DNA of 60,700 bases, counting the filler, from Nemertoderma westbladi (taxonomy: Eukaryota; Animalia; Xenacoelomorpha), in the NCBI GenBank assembly GCA_032718475.1. It is 3 parts of 3 records of this genome, joined end to end, with 100 filler letters (N's around TTAATTAATTAA, not from the genome) between each part and the next. Parts side by side here need not be neighbours in the genome. Positions count along the whole stretch, not along the records: positions 1 to 21,585 come from JAUCBJ010002384.1; 2 more parts are not named here. One strand, 5' to 3'. The position numbers and the translations under genes were made by a program. Numbering within the stretch: position 1 is the stretch's first letter; each line of letters opens with the position of its first letter. Below the pieces are notes generated by a model. The model ran no database searches. It saw nothing but the letters and a program-made list of their open reading frames with translations, and was not told where the DNA came from. Positions 1-14,120 of this stretch are shown piece by piece.

Positions 1-1269
1 TTCCTGGAAGTAACTTACGCGTGAATTGGACTATGGAAAATTCACCGCTCGCTACACGCATTGTAATGGTATGTATATGGACTTCTTAACCATTGGCCAT
101 TCTATCGATTTACACGATACGGACTATGTCGAACATATCCTACCCAGAGGAGTCGAAACGATAAACCAAAATTCTAATGCGAAAATCCTATTCGAAATCG
201 ACTCGAAAGAAAAGACATTAAAGAAACAAATAAACGCGGTAACTCCAACATATATTTGGAATTCTTGATAGAAGCATTGTAACAACAAATAAATATCACC
301 CGCGTTTCTCCTTCAAGACGTGCGTCTTTGGTATTATTACGATAAATGCCCTAGACCCAGCCAATAAACGGAAAGACATAAACATCCACGGAAACGTTGT
401 GTTAAACACAGTTGTGTTCGTTATATTTACTGGAGTTTCGAGCGAAACTTGTTTGACGTATCACCTATGCTCACTCGGCTCGAACGATCCTGGAGTAAAC
501 CTACGATCAGAGTCCCGGAATACTCGGTCAAACCTCCTCATTCCTTAGTTGGACCTCAGACCTGCGATCCTGGTGGTGTCGCGGATCCTCGCGGACTGTA
601 TTCACTGTTCAAAGATCTAGTGCTACCCTAACAATTAATCGGTAACACTCCGACAGTGATTTCTAGCTAGCCGCCCATCTTACCTAGCCGGATTGTGACG
701 CGGACACCTAATATCACTATCCAACCGTATGGTCGTCCCCGTTTAACGCGATACAACCCTTCATCAAGGTGAAGGAGAGCGTTGTACGAAACGAGTTAAA
801 CGCTATTCTATAAAGATCAAAAAAGAAATCTGCGTTTGTTCAGATAAACGTAAGTTATAACAGTAAGTCCAATCGATAAACGAATTAGCCTTATCTCAGT
901 TCGATTGGGAAATCTCGAATCTCTAAGAAGATATCAAGCTTAGAAAACCCTATTCTCTGTGAGAGTTTTGGACGAACGTATCCCATGACAAGCGGAGGAA
1001 AATCAGCTCGAGGAGAAGCATATCGAACTGGACGAGACACCGACCGTAAACCCAAACCTTCTAATGCAATTGTATTGCACCCTTTACCCAGGAGTTATAG
1101 CCTTCCTAGTAAAGTGGCTCGCCCCAAAGAGAAAAGGACTCTGGCTAGCCTCGGGAAACTGCGTAAACGCCGTCCGCGCAAAGAAAACTAACTGTTTAGA
1201 GTATCTTTATGTTTTAGAAACTGTGATTTTTATATTTTATAGACTGAAAATCCCATTTTCTGGGAGCGG
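1..1269 (+). mobile_element. 3' internal region of an LTR retrotransposon (BEL/Pao-like by similarity to the element at 31281-36880); decayed extra ORF followed by a polypurine tract
   Basis: Ends in GGGAGCGG (1262-1269) directly before TGT, the same PPT/LTR junction as (T)GGAGCGG-TGT at 33238-33244 on the minus strand. Broken ORFs 26-268 and 985-1191, with weak similarity of 26-268 to the ORF at 34403-34987. Confidence 0.6.
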
Positions 1270-2489
1270 TGTAAAAGCTTTTGCTGAATTGCCCGGTTAT
1301 TTTTCCTTATTTTTCCCGTAAAATACTCTGTAGTTGGTTTAATAGGCGTAAGAGGCCGTATTATTGCTGTATCGGTGTTTTTAGAGGATCTAAGAGCTAT
1401 TTCTTCCGTATGTGTACTGTGGAAGGCATAGTTGATGATTCTATGGCAATTCCGTGACGCAAAAGGGGATAGCTACTCTTGAACAGTAGTTACTATGACG
1501 ACGGTTAACAGCTGATATTCATACGTGTCGACTTTCTTTGTTCTACGGCATCTCTCAGTTCAGTCAACCAATCAGAGCGTTTTTACTGTTCTTGTACAGA
1601 AATTTCCTAGAAATCACGCAATGCTGTATGGGCAGTGTTTACATTCTGTCCTGAGCCAGGAGAGAGCGGCTTTGGAATATTTTGTGCTTTTCTGCTTTAG
1701 CCTAACACTAGTAGGCTTAATTATAAGGACATATATCCGTTATCACTGGTTATCACTGGTTAACTGGCCCATACTGTGCAACTTAACTTAACATTACTGC
1801 TTTGCTGTCGGTTATTCATTATATTTGTTGATGAATTATTATATTTGGGATAACGAGAAATAACCCCGAAACCCAATATTCTTGATATACCGAAGGTAAG
1901 AGAGAAAGGTTACATATAACGATTGCGACTTATGTTAAAGTGGTTTGAAGTGAATCTAATGTTATTTGATAGACCCTACATGAGTCGGTCTGTGTTCCTT
2001 TTATATGTGACTAAAATCAGTGAAGATCGGCAGATTAGTGTGCAGTATTGTGCAGCATTGTGTATGAGTGAGACTGATAACGAAGCATTTCCTAAAGAAT
2101 GCGCCATATATGTGAATTGTAACTAAGCCATATCGTTGTGAGTAGTTTAAGTCATAACTCTGTTTATATAGATAGAGCGCCACGTCCTAAAGGAACTGTT
2201 AATATTCCCCGAAGGTGAATAATATTGTCAGAGATTATATAATACTGTCAGTCGAATAATACATTAGGCTTACATAGCAATACGATTAAGCCCTCGAACC
2301 CAATCTCCCGGGTATATCCTAGCGGGTGAATGATCGCGCACCGATTGGTTTCGACTAGTGTAGTGAATCAAATACTTGTCAGAGGCTAAAAGCGATTTAT
2401 TATCTAGAAGACATCCTAATTTGGCGGGTTAAACTGCCAAAGGTCTGAAAGCGCGAACAGTAGGTAAGATGTGTTAAGTTAGTTCTACA
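1270..2489 (+). mobile_element. 3' LTR (~1.2 kb) of element 1
   Basis: Starts TGT after the PPT and ends TACA. Contains CCAAT (~1568), TATAAGG (1722) and GTTATCACT initiator-like motifs (1739-1757) shared with the other two LTRs. GGTAAG lies ~27 nt before the end, as in the 24722 LTR. The right boundary is inferred. Confidence 0.55.
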
Positions 2490-3369
2490 TCCCCCACTGC
2501 CATATCCCCATAGTAACAATCCACAGTACAAACAGAAGAATGCTTCAAATTTTGCTTAATTATTGATTGAGAACTATTAAGATCTTTGCAGAACCTTGTT
2601 ATATATCATTAATTCTGCAAAGATCTGCACTGATCTTACTAAAACTCCAGAGATAAGCCGTGGTCTTACCAATCCTGCAAAGATCTGCACTGATCGTTAC
2701 CAACCCTGCTAAGATCATAGAGCAAAGGTACCAAGATCTTACCAAGACATATAAAGTAATTATGCTAAGATCAGTGCAGATTGGTGATGTTGCAAGTCTA
2801 GGGCAATATTGGAACGTCAATATTCTAACTCATTACAGTATAAAGTTAATTATAATAACTACCAATTGTACTGAGAGGGAAATATAATTTGCTGTATTTA
2901 CCGTTCATCCTGAGATCTGTTATTAAACGACCGAGCGCAGCGAGGGAGGTAAATAAGTCCCCATATTTTGAGAGTGGCGGTCCGAAACCCTAATTCAAAG
3001 TGGAAATGGAGGCCCAAAACCTTTATTAAAACTGTCATGTAACCCCAACCTTCAATATTTTGGACCCTAAATTGCATACAATTTCTTAGATTAAAGCATC
3101 GGGACTTTAAGGTTATAGGGTTACTAATGATAGTTTTAATTAGGGTTTGGGCCTGACCAACTAACCCAACCACAAAAATAAACCAATAAATCCAAGTTAA
3201 AGTGCTGTACGGTACGCTAGACCTACTATTAATAACCTATGCTGTAAGTCTACAGGGGGGGCAAACTGCGCGGGGGGGGGGTAGATATAACGCCTAGGAC
3301 ACCGACAGCATTCTTAATGCAGCTACTTCCACCATGCCCATTATACAATTATAGATAGATAATTGAAAC

Positions 3370-3634
3370 CTGAAAAAGGTGGACAGTCCAATCACTAATA
3401 AATAGCATTGCTTTAATACGTTTCTGATTGGCCCTGGACTATTATCTATGTTTTTTGTGCATGTGTCCAGTCCACCTTTTTCAAACACACATCTTATTCC
3501 CAATTATCTAACTAAGAAAGCGAAACTTGAAAAAGGTGGACAGACCAATCGCTACAAACTGCTTTACATGATACGTTTCTGATTGGTCTGTCCGTTGTCC
3601 ATGTTTTCTGTGTCCAGTCCACCTTTTTCAAACA
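3370..3634. repeat. Tandem pair of ~110-bp palindromic MITE-like units
   Basis: Two units (about 3370-3487 and 3528-3634), each bounded by TGAAAAAGGTGGAC...GTCCACCTTTTTCA with an inner CCAATC/GATTGG pair. Confidence 0.6.
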
Positions 3635-4327
3635 CCCACTGCATAGTACGGTAGGCCTACTGTTTAACAGGCTTGCTACGAACAAATATAGTGTATAATT
3701 AAAATACGTAAATAAACATGTAACTTTGACACGGGCACTGAAAGTGGGGAGTAATGCTATTAACAGATATAACAATTTAGTTGCATAACAAATTATAGTA
3801 TAACGCATGTACGAGATTTGTGAATCAATATAGACAAAAAATATATAGAGTATAATTAAAAAATATATCATAACATTACACTTACTTACTTACATACTTA
3901 CTTACTTACATACTTACTTACACAATCTTTCCGTTATAATTATGAATACACCACGAGCGACGGCGTTCAAATTAATTCAATCCCTGCAATAAATATATAT
4001 AACTCCCATAAATCTTAAATAATAATAAATCATAAATCCATATACCAGACTGCCATCTTCTTCTAAATAGCCTACACTGTAACCTGTTTCTTTCCTTTAA
4101 TATTTACTGTACATATCGTTTATTGTTTTGGTTGGCAAAGCCTGCCCCTGTAACCTTTTCCATGTATTGTTATGACGAGATGGTTTATTGCTTTGGTTAG
4201 AAAAGCTTTCTATAACCTGCTGCCCCTTTCCATTTGTTAATGAGATTGTTTATTGTTTGATTAGAAAAAACAGCACCCCCCCCCCCCCCCCCCCCCCCCC
4301 TCCACCCCCTGGCAATCTCGCCTGGGC

Positions 4328-5540
4328 TACTACTAGGATCGGCATGCTGCATTGCAGCTGCATTTTTAAGAATGCTGTGCCGGCTTGTCGACAAAATTGC
4401 ACCGCCACAACTCCCTATCACCCATGACATTTGCTAGATCATCCGCATCTTCAAGGCCAGTGTCCTTTAAGATGCGTCTCAAGAAAGTCATGGTCTGTCC
4501 ACCATGCTTATTCACTCCATGAGGCTGCGAAAGCACAAGATTATGCACTGGCTGGTCCTCACGGCGAAAGCAATGTCCTTCAAAGCGGAAGCGACTTTGT
4601 TCTATTGTCAAGCTTGGGGGAACCAATGAGACACCTCCAATATTATACAGTGTCTGGTTGGAGATATGTGCATTGAACCCGGCGTAGCATTCTTGTGAAT
4701 GTGCCATCCAAAGATTTGGTGCCCTCAGCAGTTGAGCCCAGCATGGACTCCCATAGATGAGTACTGGAACTACTGCTGCTCTAAATAATCGGACCTTAAG
4801 TTTCCGATTAATTCTCTGTGACTTCCAAATCCTGGAAAGCCTATTCAAAGCTGCCCATGCCTTTCCCTTATGTATTCGAAGGTCCTCACCTGACTTCCGG
4901 ATCCATGATCCCAGGTAACAGAAGTCGTCCACATGCTCAAGCATACCATCCTTTGAGCATATGGTCATCCGATGAGAGACTTGCTGAGGACATTCAAAGT
5001 TAACTGTCAAACTTTTGGGTTTTTTGGAGTTAATATAAAGACCAACACTAGAAGCAGCCTGTTCTAATGAGCTGAGGGGCCGTTGGGCTCCCTCTAGTGA
5101 TTCCGTGTGTACTCCTAAGTAATCAGTTAGGTACTTGGCAGGATTTCCTCGACTTTGGGAGCCAGTAGGTAGAGTTACCATCACCCCATCATCATTATGA
5201 TGATCTAAGGACATGCGCAGAACATAGTCAACCACAATTATGAACAAGAATGGCGCAAGTGTGTCTCCTTGGGCTTGGAGGATTCCCCATAATACTTCAA
5301 ATAGTTCTGTGTCACCATCAACTGTAGACACAAATATTGTCGAACCATCGTATACTGATCTGATTGCAGCAATAATTTAATCAGGAATCCCATATAATGA
5401 AAGTATGCTGAACATTTTTACGTGAGCGAGAGACTGAATCAAAGGCCTTGAAGATGGGCTCCATGGTCCCACGACCTTTACGGAACCCATTCTGATTTCC
5501 ACGGAGCAGTCTCTCAATGGGATCCCTGGTGCGATTTAAT
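4328..5540 (-). mobile_element. 5'-truncated, decayed RTE-clade non-LTR retrotransposon
   Basis: RT motifs NQNGFRKGR, FKAFDSV, QGDTLAPFLF and FCYLGSWI, plus a (TAG)n 3' tail. Near-identical to 11259-12381, but the FADD motif is deleted (TDYLG vs TDLDFADDLG) and there are frameshifts. Confidence 0.9.
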
Positions 5541-7521
5541 ATAATTAATAGTTTTGGTCCATGGCTGCCATTAAATAAACTAATAGTAAAAAAAAATAAT
5601 ATACCCCGTCGTGGCCCAGGACTGCCACTGCCCCCAGAATCAGTAATAGTATTGGCCCATGGCTGCCAACTTACCAGAAAACTTAAAAACATTGAAAACA
5701 TAAAGTAAACTTGAAACACAGTTTCAAGCCATTCGTTAATAAATTTATTGTCCCGGGTTCTCTCTTTAAAACATCTGATATTTAATTGAAACATCTGATT
5801 GGTGGAACATAATACTAGAAATTATTTTTCGACCTCCAGTATTCGTATAATCGGCGATTCTTCAGAATTATACCATTTCATTGGCCAGTCAATGTGTTAC
5901 CATGTCAATAATTATCAATTCAATATACTTTATTACCTATAATATTATATACCTTATTCAATATACTAATATACTCAATATACAAAATGCCGCAACACTC
6001 TATATTATGAGCCTAAAAATACCTCAAATTTGAACAAAATACCCAAATTTTTGACGTCTATTACCAGAACTCAAAATATGGGGTAACCCCAAAATTGATG
6101 ATCTCCCTGACTGTACTGTGAATGTATTATTGACTTGAATTATACAGTATATTGATTTGTTGTTCTTTTGTCTTTTAAGAAACACGCAAAACTCAAATTG
6201 AATCAACTTGAAGGGTTGAAGTGTAAATGCATTACAGTCTTGTATGTACAGTCTTATGCTTTTTTCAAAAGTTTGTTGATCCAGCTATGCCCTTATTAAC
6301 TTATTAAGAAACATAATTATTTGAAAGTTTATTTATTAACGTAATAGTAGAGTATTAATAATAACAATACTTGATTAGCTGATTAGCATACATTACACTG
6401 TAATATTGCACATAATTACCACAAAATGCCACAAACTGCAAATTGATATATTATTGCATAAAATGCCACAATTCCTAAAAATATGCACTTTAATATAATA
6501 ATTGCTTAATAATAATCTGACTTAAAAAAACGTACTAAAAAATGATCGATTAAATTTAATTAAAAATTACTTAGGCCTATACTTATGTTAGCTTATTCAA
6601 TCCCGCCAACACCCCATAAAGTTGTAAGCCGATAAGCAATATTGGGAGCCACGAGATTGGGCAATTAACCAACTCGTGCCATCCCAATGAGAATGGGAAG
6701 GAAGCACAGAATAGAGGGTCAGGGGCCAAACCCCTAACCCAGAGGAAATAGGTGGAGTGAACGGGAATACTCCACGGGGCGCCAACAAGGGTATTAACCA
6801 ATCAGAGGGGGGGAATGGCATCGATTGAGTAGCAGTAAGGCCACCGTGCAATATAACCAATAACCTATTAATCAGTGATTCAGTTATCTCAGTGCAGCAG
6901 TGCTAGCGTAGGGTACAGTCAATTAGTTTAGTTAGGGGATCACGGGACTTTAGTTACCGTATCCCGCCTTGTACACATTATATCTATATCTATATCCTAT
7001 GCCCTATTATTATTATACACCGAACTTCAGAACTCAGTTACCTTTATTTCACCCTTATACACGGCGGGGACGCGTGGACTAAATTACCACATCGGATAAA
7101 TCGGGATCCCTCCTGGATCCCGTCACAACTTATAAATTACATAGGCCAAATTAACGTACTGCGCGAAGTGCAGATCGTCCTCTGCAATCGTAAAATTTAC
7201 ACCACATTAAATACACGACCTAGGGTGTCTGTCTGTAGATTTTCCGGCAAATTGAAGGAAATTTGAGGAAATGGTGCACATTTGAAAACAGGCAAAAATC
7301 GACTTTTCGAGAAAAAAGCCATAAACTCATGATTTTAAGTCGTGCTGCTCGAAGCGGAAAATCACCTAATTTTTAATTTACACAGTTACACATAGGTCAG
7401 AGAGTGTCTGTGTGAAATTTGAGTCAAATCCGTCCAAAAATGGCCCCTGTGGGAAAGGTGTTTGTCAGTATTGTCACTGTGCCTCAAATGTGATAAAACC
7501 CAGTAGTATTGGTGGTTCAAG

Positions 7522-8530
7522 AATGACTGACATGTCAAAAATGTTCAGTTGCGATAACTGTTCTGCATTCTTTGTCGACAAATCTTCTTTTGACAAACAT
7601 ATCACTGTCTGTGCCAATGATAGCTCACGTTCTGATGTAGTTAAACACACCTGTCCTCATTGCCAAAAGGTTGTCACTGGGAAAAATTGTCTTGGTTGTG
7701 ACATTTGTGGATCTTGGCTCCATGGTTCCTGTCTTGGCCTTTCAACGTCTGACATATCTGTTCTGGGAAAATGCAATAATTGCAAAATAGTATGCAATGT
7801 ATGTGAATCTCATGGAAAATTGCTGGCTGCGTCACCAGTTCAGATAATGACAATTTAAACTCCTTTGTGGCTAAACTAGAGGAGAACAGGAAGAAGGAAT
7901 TTGCTTCATTGAACGTAGAAATTGACAGTCTACGAAATGCAAACAAATTCAAAGAAAATGGGGGCTGGTCAACAGTGGGCAGACAGGGTGGCCAACATGC
8001 AAATAAGAGGTTGGTAAATGTGGGATTTGGAAACGAGAATTTAGTACCATTATCCGTCAATGATGTCAGTAGAGAATTTTCTGAGCAGAGGAAACGCGAG
8101 TGCAATGTTGTTACAGTATATGAGGATTGACCCTCCCTCCTAATGCTACTAATAATAAAGATGTAGTTAATAGTTTTTTAACCAAGGAACTTGAAGTTGA
8201 AAATGCTGCGGAATCAATTATAATATAGACGTACTGCAACTGACAATAGACCTTCTATGTTGATTGTACGGCTAACCTAAGTTGAGCTCCGAAAGATTAT
8301 TCTTAAAATTAAACGTAAACTGCAATCATCGGGAACCACTAATGGCATTTTTATCTCTCCAGATCTTTCTAAACTTCAACAACGTCAGTAGTTCCTGCGG
8401 AGGAAAGATGCTCGTGATGCACGTTTCCATTCTACTGTTAGTGAAGAAGTAAGGGATTGCGATAATGATATACAAGCATCTCAGCCTCATTTTCAATTAG
8501 ACAGCACGGAGACCGAACCCAGCCAGGCTT
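7522..8530 (+). pseudogene. LINE ORF1 remnant (zinc finger + PHD finger + coiled coil)
   Basis: CDNC..H...C and the PHD pattern CPHC..CDIC..WLH..C..CNVC, then EQRKRECNVV and IFISPDLSKLQQ motifs typical of CR1-group ORF1. Frameshifts and stops present. Confidence 0.8.
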
Positions 8531-8649
8531 GAGACAATGAGCACTCAGCTAATGTTAATTACAGATTTACTAACCTGAGTGATAATCCCAAGGCCCAACA
8601 CAATCTTTGATGTTAATTATACTCATAATGGAGATGTTTATGTAGTTCC

Positions 8650-11102
8650 TATGTTGTATTATATTAACTGCCAATCTATCAGAAACAAAGTGGAAGCACT
8701 GCGGTTAATATCTGTTATGCATACTAACTCACCAATTATTATTTGTATGACTGAAACTCACCTCTTAACTGAAGAATCTGATAACATTTTTGCTTACCCT
8801 GAACTTAGCAACTTTGATGTATTCCCACAAGATCGTGCTCTGGTGTAAACCGTGGTGGAGGAGTAGCTATGCTAATTTCTCGTGAATTATTCCCAGTTAG
8901 AATAGAACATGAAATATCTGGTGAATGTTTATTTGTTGACATTCATGTGTACAAGATACCTATACGCATTGGAACTGTATATATCCCCCATATAAATGAT
9001 GATCACTTTTCTAGTTTTGTTTCAGACTTCAAGAAATTTTATCCAATTGACCTCACTATGCCAGTAATCATCACTGGCGATTTTAACTTCCGATATATTG
9101 ATTGGACCATCCCTGCTCCATTTGCGGATTGTCCTTATCGTTCTTGTGCCCAAAACTTCATTAACTTAACTTCGGATAGAGATCTTTTCCAGATTGTCAA
9201 TCGCCCAACACATATCTCTGGCGGAGTTCTAGATCTGTTCCTTGTTAGTAGTTCAAATCTTATTAGAAATATAAATGTTGGAGATCGATTTGGTTTTAAT
9301 GATGTCCGGAGCGATCATTTCATGATAACTGGTTCCATGCCAACGATCTCAGATAATAAAAAAACCCCAATAAAGGACTGGAAAAAGGCTGATTGGGAAC
9401 ATATTTGTGGAATAGCAGCGCATATAGATTGGGACAATGTAATAAACCCTAAAGCAGATCCCCAACAAAACATTGACTCTCTAGATTTTATACTTAAATC
9501 TATAATTGAAGATTGCGTCCCAATATTCAATCCAAAAAAACACAAAACCACCCCTGCAATCAATAAATGACTACGTCGAATTCATTGTACAAAAATAAAA
9601 CTAAAAAATAACTCAGACCCAACAAACACCTCGTTTCTAATTGAAAATCTGGCAGCTCTTAATAATTCATTGGAATATGCTTACAGTACCTCGAGTCTCG
9701 TCGGGGCATTGAAAATCGAATAATAAGAGAAAAGAACACAAAAAAGTTTTTGAGGTACACTAAGGACAATCTCTTACGTCGTTGTGGAATCCCTGCAATG
9801 AAAGACTTAAACGGAAAGGTTTATACTAGTGATGTTGATCGAGCAAACTTAATTAATGACACTTTCAAGTCAGTGTTTACTACTGATGATGGAAATGACC
9901 AATGTCCACCACCCAAACACCCTCCCGGTGTTACACTATCATCAATAAAATTTGACAGGGTGGAGATAAACAACATCTTAAACAAACTAAAGCCTGGTAA
10001 AACTTCAGGTCCTGACGATATACCTCCTTCCTTGCTTCAGCATCTATCTGTTTGGATATGTAGGCCTTTAGAGACGCTTTTCCAACAATTCCATGATTGC
10101 AGCTTCGTGCCTAGTTCATGGCGTCTTGCTCATATTACACCTTTGTTCAAAAATAAGGGTTCTCGTTCAGATCCGGCAAATTACAGACCCATTTCGCTAA
10201 CTTCGATACTTGCCAAAGTAATGGAAACTGTCGTTCGAAATGAAATTATGTCATATCTAGTACGAATAAAGGCTATCAGTTCTAAGCAACATGGATTTCT
10301 ACAGAAAAAATCAGGTTAGATAAAAAGGCCTCAATCCATTTCAAGTAATCGACCCCGAATTCCGTATGACCGTAATTTGATGAAAAGCTTCTGATGTGAT
10401 ACCTTGTCGAAAGCTCTTTGGAAATCGGCGTAAATAATATCTACTGGGTAACCATTATTTCGAAACCTGACCCAGTCATAAGATGATTCAAGTAACAACA
10501 TGTGGCGTATGTGACAACTAAAGCACGTAAAACATGTTGTCAGATTCGGCGAAATTTCCGGTGTAGTCGTAGTAGTCAGTTTCAATTTGAGCTGTTTAAA
10601 ATTTACGCACGACCCGTTTTAGAACATAATTCACCTATTTGGTGTCCATACTTAGATAGGGATATAAATATTATACAGTAGAACAGGTCCAACGAGACTT
10701 TACAAGATACTGTACCTGCCTGGTCTACAAGGTTTAAGCTATGCAGATCGCTTAAATCGTCTCAACACCCGATCCTTAGAGGAACGTCGTATTTTCATTG
10801 ATCTGAAGGAGATGTATAAAATAATTCGTGGTTTCAGTCCTCTAAGTAATTTACCGATATTTCATCGTCTTCCTTCTCGAACTCGATTAAACGGATATAA
10901 AGTAAACATTCCACATTCCCGCAACTGTATACATCTAAATCACTTCTCAGTTCGTCGCATTGCAGTTTGGAACTCTCTTCGCTCTAATGTGGTTGGCGTT
11001 GATTCCTCATCCACATTTCAAACTAAACTCGACCTAATCGACCTGTCCTCTCATTACCAGGGGTCACGGAAATTAACAATGAATAACGTCCACGTATTTT
11101 AG
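8650..11102 (+). pseudogene. LINE ORF2 remnant (AP endonuclease + reverse transcriptase)
   Basis: YINCQSIRNK, MTETHL, GDFNF, LDLFL and SDH (APE); GPDDIP, NYRPISLTS, QHGF and RPVLEHNSPIW (RT/thumb). DFQRAFDKV lies on the opposite strand at 10331-10495. No YADD motif found. Confidence 0.9.
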
Positions 11103-11258
11103 TTAATTTATTTCTGTAATATCTATTTCTTTACAAATAAAAATTTGTTTTTTATTGTGATGAATGATTTATTTTTACTGTAACAATTAATATAATACAC
11201 TTTGATCCATATTTTAATTAATGTTTCGATCTACAGTACTAAATATGAGTAATGTATA

Positions 11259-12381
11259 CTACTACTAGGATCGGCATGCTGCATTGCAGCTGCATTTTTA
11301 AGAATGCTGTGCCGGCTTATCGACAAAATTGCACCGCCACAACTCCCTATCACCCATGACATTTGCTAGATCATCCGCATCTTCAAGTCCAGTGTCCTTT
11401 AAGATGCGTCTCAAGAAAGTCATGGGCTGTCCACCATGCTTATTCACTCCATGAGGCTGCCAAAGTACAAGATTATGCACTGGCTGGTCCTCACGGCGAA
11501 AGCAATGTCCTGCAAAGCGGAGGCGATTTTGTTCTAGTGTCAAGCTTGGGGGAACCAATGAGACACCTCCAATGTTATATAGTGTCTGGTTGGAGATGTG
11601 TGCATTGTACGTGACACAAAAAACCCGGTGTAGCATTCTTGTGAATGTGCCATCCAGAGATTTGGTGTCCTCAGCAGTTAGAGCCCAGCATGGACTCCCA
11701 TAGAGGAGTACTGGAACTACTGCTGCTCTAAATAATCGGACCTTAAGTTTCCGATTAATTCTCGGTGACTTCCAAATCCTGGAAAGCCTATTCAAGGCTG
11801 CCCATGCCTTTCCCTTACGTATTCGAAGGTCCTCACATGACTTCCGGATCCATGATCCCAGGTAACAGAAGTCATCCACATGCTCAAGCATACCATCTTT
11901 TGAGCTTATGCTCATCCGATCAGAGACTTGCTGAGGACTTTCAAAGTTAACTGTCAAAATTGTGGTCTTTCTGGAGTTAATAAAAAAACCAACACTAGAA
12001 GCAGCATGTTCTAATGAGCTGAGGAGCCGTTGGGCTCCCTCTAGTGATTCTGAGAGTACTCCTAAGTCATCAGCAAAGTCTAGATCAGTTAGGTACTTGT
12101 ACTTGGCAGGATTTCCTCGACTTCTGGAGCCAGTAGGTGGAGTTATCATCACCCCATCATCATTATAATGATCTAAGGACATGCGTAGAACATAGTCAAC
12201 AACAATTATGAACAAGAATGGTGCAAGTGTGTCTCCCTGGAGGACACCCCATAACACTTCAAATGGTTCTGTGTCACCATCAACAGTAGATACAAATGTT
12301 GTCGAACCATCGTATACTGATCTGATTGCTGCAATAATTTCATCGGGAATCCCATATAATGAAAGTATGCTGAACATACGC
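11259..12381 (-). mobile_element. 5'-truncated RTE LINE with open RT C-terminal ORF (11298-12383)
   Basis: GVLQGDTLAPFLF, DFADD and YLGS motifs; (TAG)n tail; probable TSD ATGAGTAATGTATA (11245-11258) / ATGAATAATGTATA (12382-12395). Confidence 0.93.
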
Positions 12382-13867
12382 ATGAATAATGTATAGTGAA
12401 CTATTAATTGTCTGATAAAAATTATTGCGTATTTTTATGGCATATTTTTTTTATTTAAATAAATGTTCTGATTGAATTTACTAATTTAATTTTTAAATTG
12501 TATTTACTTATTATGCCATATACTGTACACCAATGTTTCGATGAATGTAATATCTATAAATTAATGTGGATATGTACTTTTATTGTGTTCTGCATTTCAT
12601 TTTATTTTGTTTATTAATAGATTACTTGTACTTATTTTTACTCTGTGGTGCTTTGTTGCATGGCTGAGTGCATAATTTTAACATACTGTATAAACCAATA
12701 ATTACTTGATTACCCTACTAACTATCCTACCGGTACCTATGAAAATGGTATCTTGTTTGTTATGTTTCGATACTTTTATATTTATGTCTATGTCATTATA
12801 CTCAAATTCAAATTCATAGAGCTCCTGTATTCGCGGTCAGCCCAGCAGCCGGTAACCTTCATACAGTTAGGCGGCTTAGGCCTATATCCTGATATCTTGT
12901 TGCTCGAGAATATTGCATATTGCAGTATTTGGTATTGGAGTACTGGAGTACCGATCAGCCAGTCAGCCGGTACACGGTAGGTAGGTCTACATTCTGACAT
13001 TCAGACATTCTGGACATTGGCTGATTGCAGGATTGGAGCTGACAGTTGACAGTTTCAGGTACAGGCAGACAGGTGCAGCGACGAACAGACGGAGAGATTT
13101 GCAGTCACTGACTGACTGACAGACTTATCCCAGTCCAGCAGTCTGCCAGTATCCATACACCATACGACTGGCAACTGGCAGACTGGTTTCCAGTGCCAGG
13201 CAGCCAGGCTAATCCATAGGCCTATTGTTTCCTCCAGGCAGCCAGGTTAGTTTTTCAGTCTTTAATAGAATGTAGTCCTGTGTCCTGTGTGTGTGTGTAG
13301 TCGTAACGAACGACATACAGACATACCGGCACCGGTACTGACTTTAGGTGTAGGTTAGTTTTTATCGTTTATGTACGACGCGACGCGGGATCTACCTGTC
13401 CTGCTGTCTGCCTGTCAGAAAAATAGGCCTATTGCAATTTTATTTAACTCAAATAGGCCTACAGCACAACAGCAGTAAAGAAATATGAGTGAATACTGAA
13501 TAGACTACCGGTACTGCGGTACCTACGCTACTGCGCTACGCCTCCCGCCTGCCCGGACTGCCGGAACGGCAGACCGGGGCTGGTATTTAAAGATACAGTC
13601 CCTGCAGTCGACAGTCATTTCTGCATTTACCGTAAACTGCCGTACCGGTACCGCGTAGCGTACCGTAGTCTAGTCCTGTAGTCGACTTGACGATGTGTGC
13701 TGTCTGGCTGTGTAATTTATATTTTATGAGCTTTCGAATTCTGTTTATCTGTTTAAAATATAATATAGCTGTATACTGGTATAGGCCCTAGCGCTAGCAG
13801 CCTAGATCAGTAGAGGCAGCTAGGCGATATTAAATTATAAGTCGAAAATGACGGGTCCTACGAATTA

Positions 13868-14120
13868 CCGCAAAAGACCGCAAAAGACCAAAAAAGACCG
13901 CAAAAGACCGCAAAAGACCGCAAAAGACCACAAAAGACCGCAAAAAACCACAAAAGACCGCAAAAAACCACAAAAGACCGTAAAAGACTGCAAAAGACCA
14001 CAAAAGAACAGAGAAGGCATGGATATACTGCAAGACAAATTACCGCAAAAGACCGCAAAAGACCACAAAAGACAGCAAAAGACCGCAAAAGACAGCAAAA
14101 GAATGCAAAAGACCACAAAA
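13868..14120 (+). repeat. 10-bp minisatellite (CAAAAGACCR)n in the left TIR
   Basis: Directly visible; gives rise to the spurious ORFs at 13830-14150. Confidence 0.95.

Larger units (their letters stand above)
7500..11145 (+). mobile_element. CR1/L2-group LINE, decayed, with internal inversion and deletion
   Basis: ORF1 remnant with a C2HC-type finger and PHD finger, ORF2 remnant with APE and RT motifs, and a 3' AATAAA/AT-rich end. The 5' boundary is uncertain; the UTR may extend to ~6900. Confidence 0.9.

Noticed and set aside
6580-7200. GC-richer, hairpin-containing segment upstream of the CR1-like element
   Set aside because: Could be the LINE 5' UTR or another TE remnant; boundaries and identity cannot be supported.
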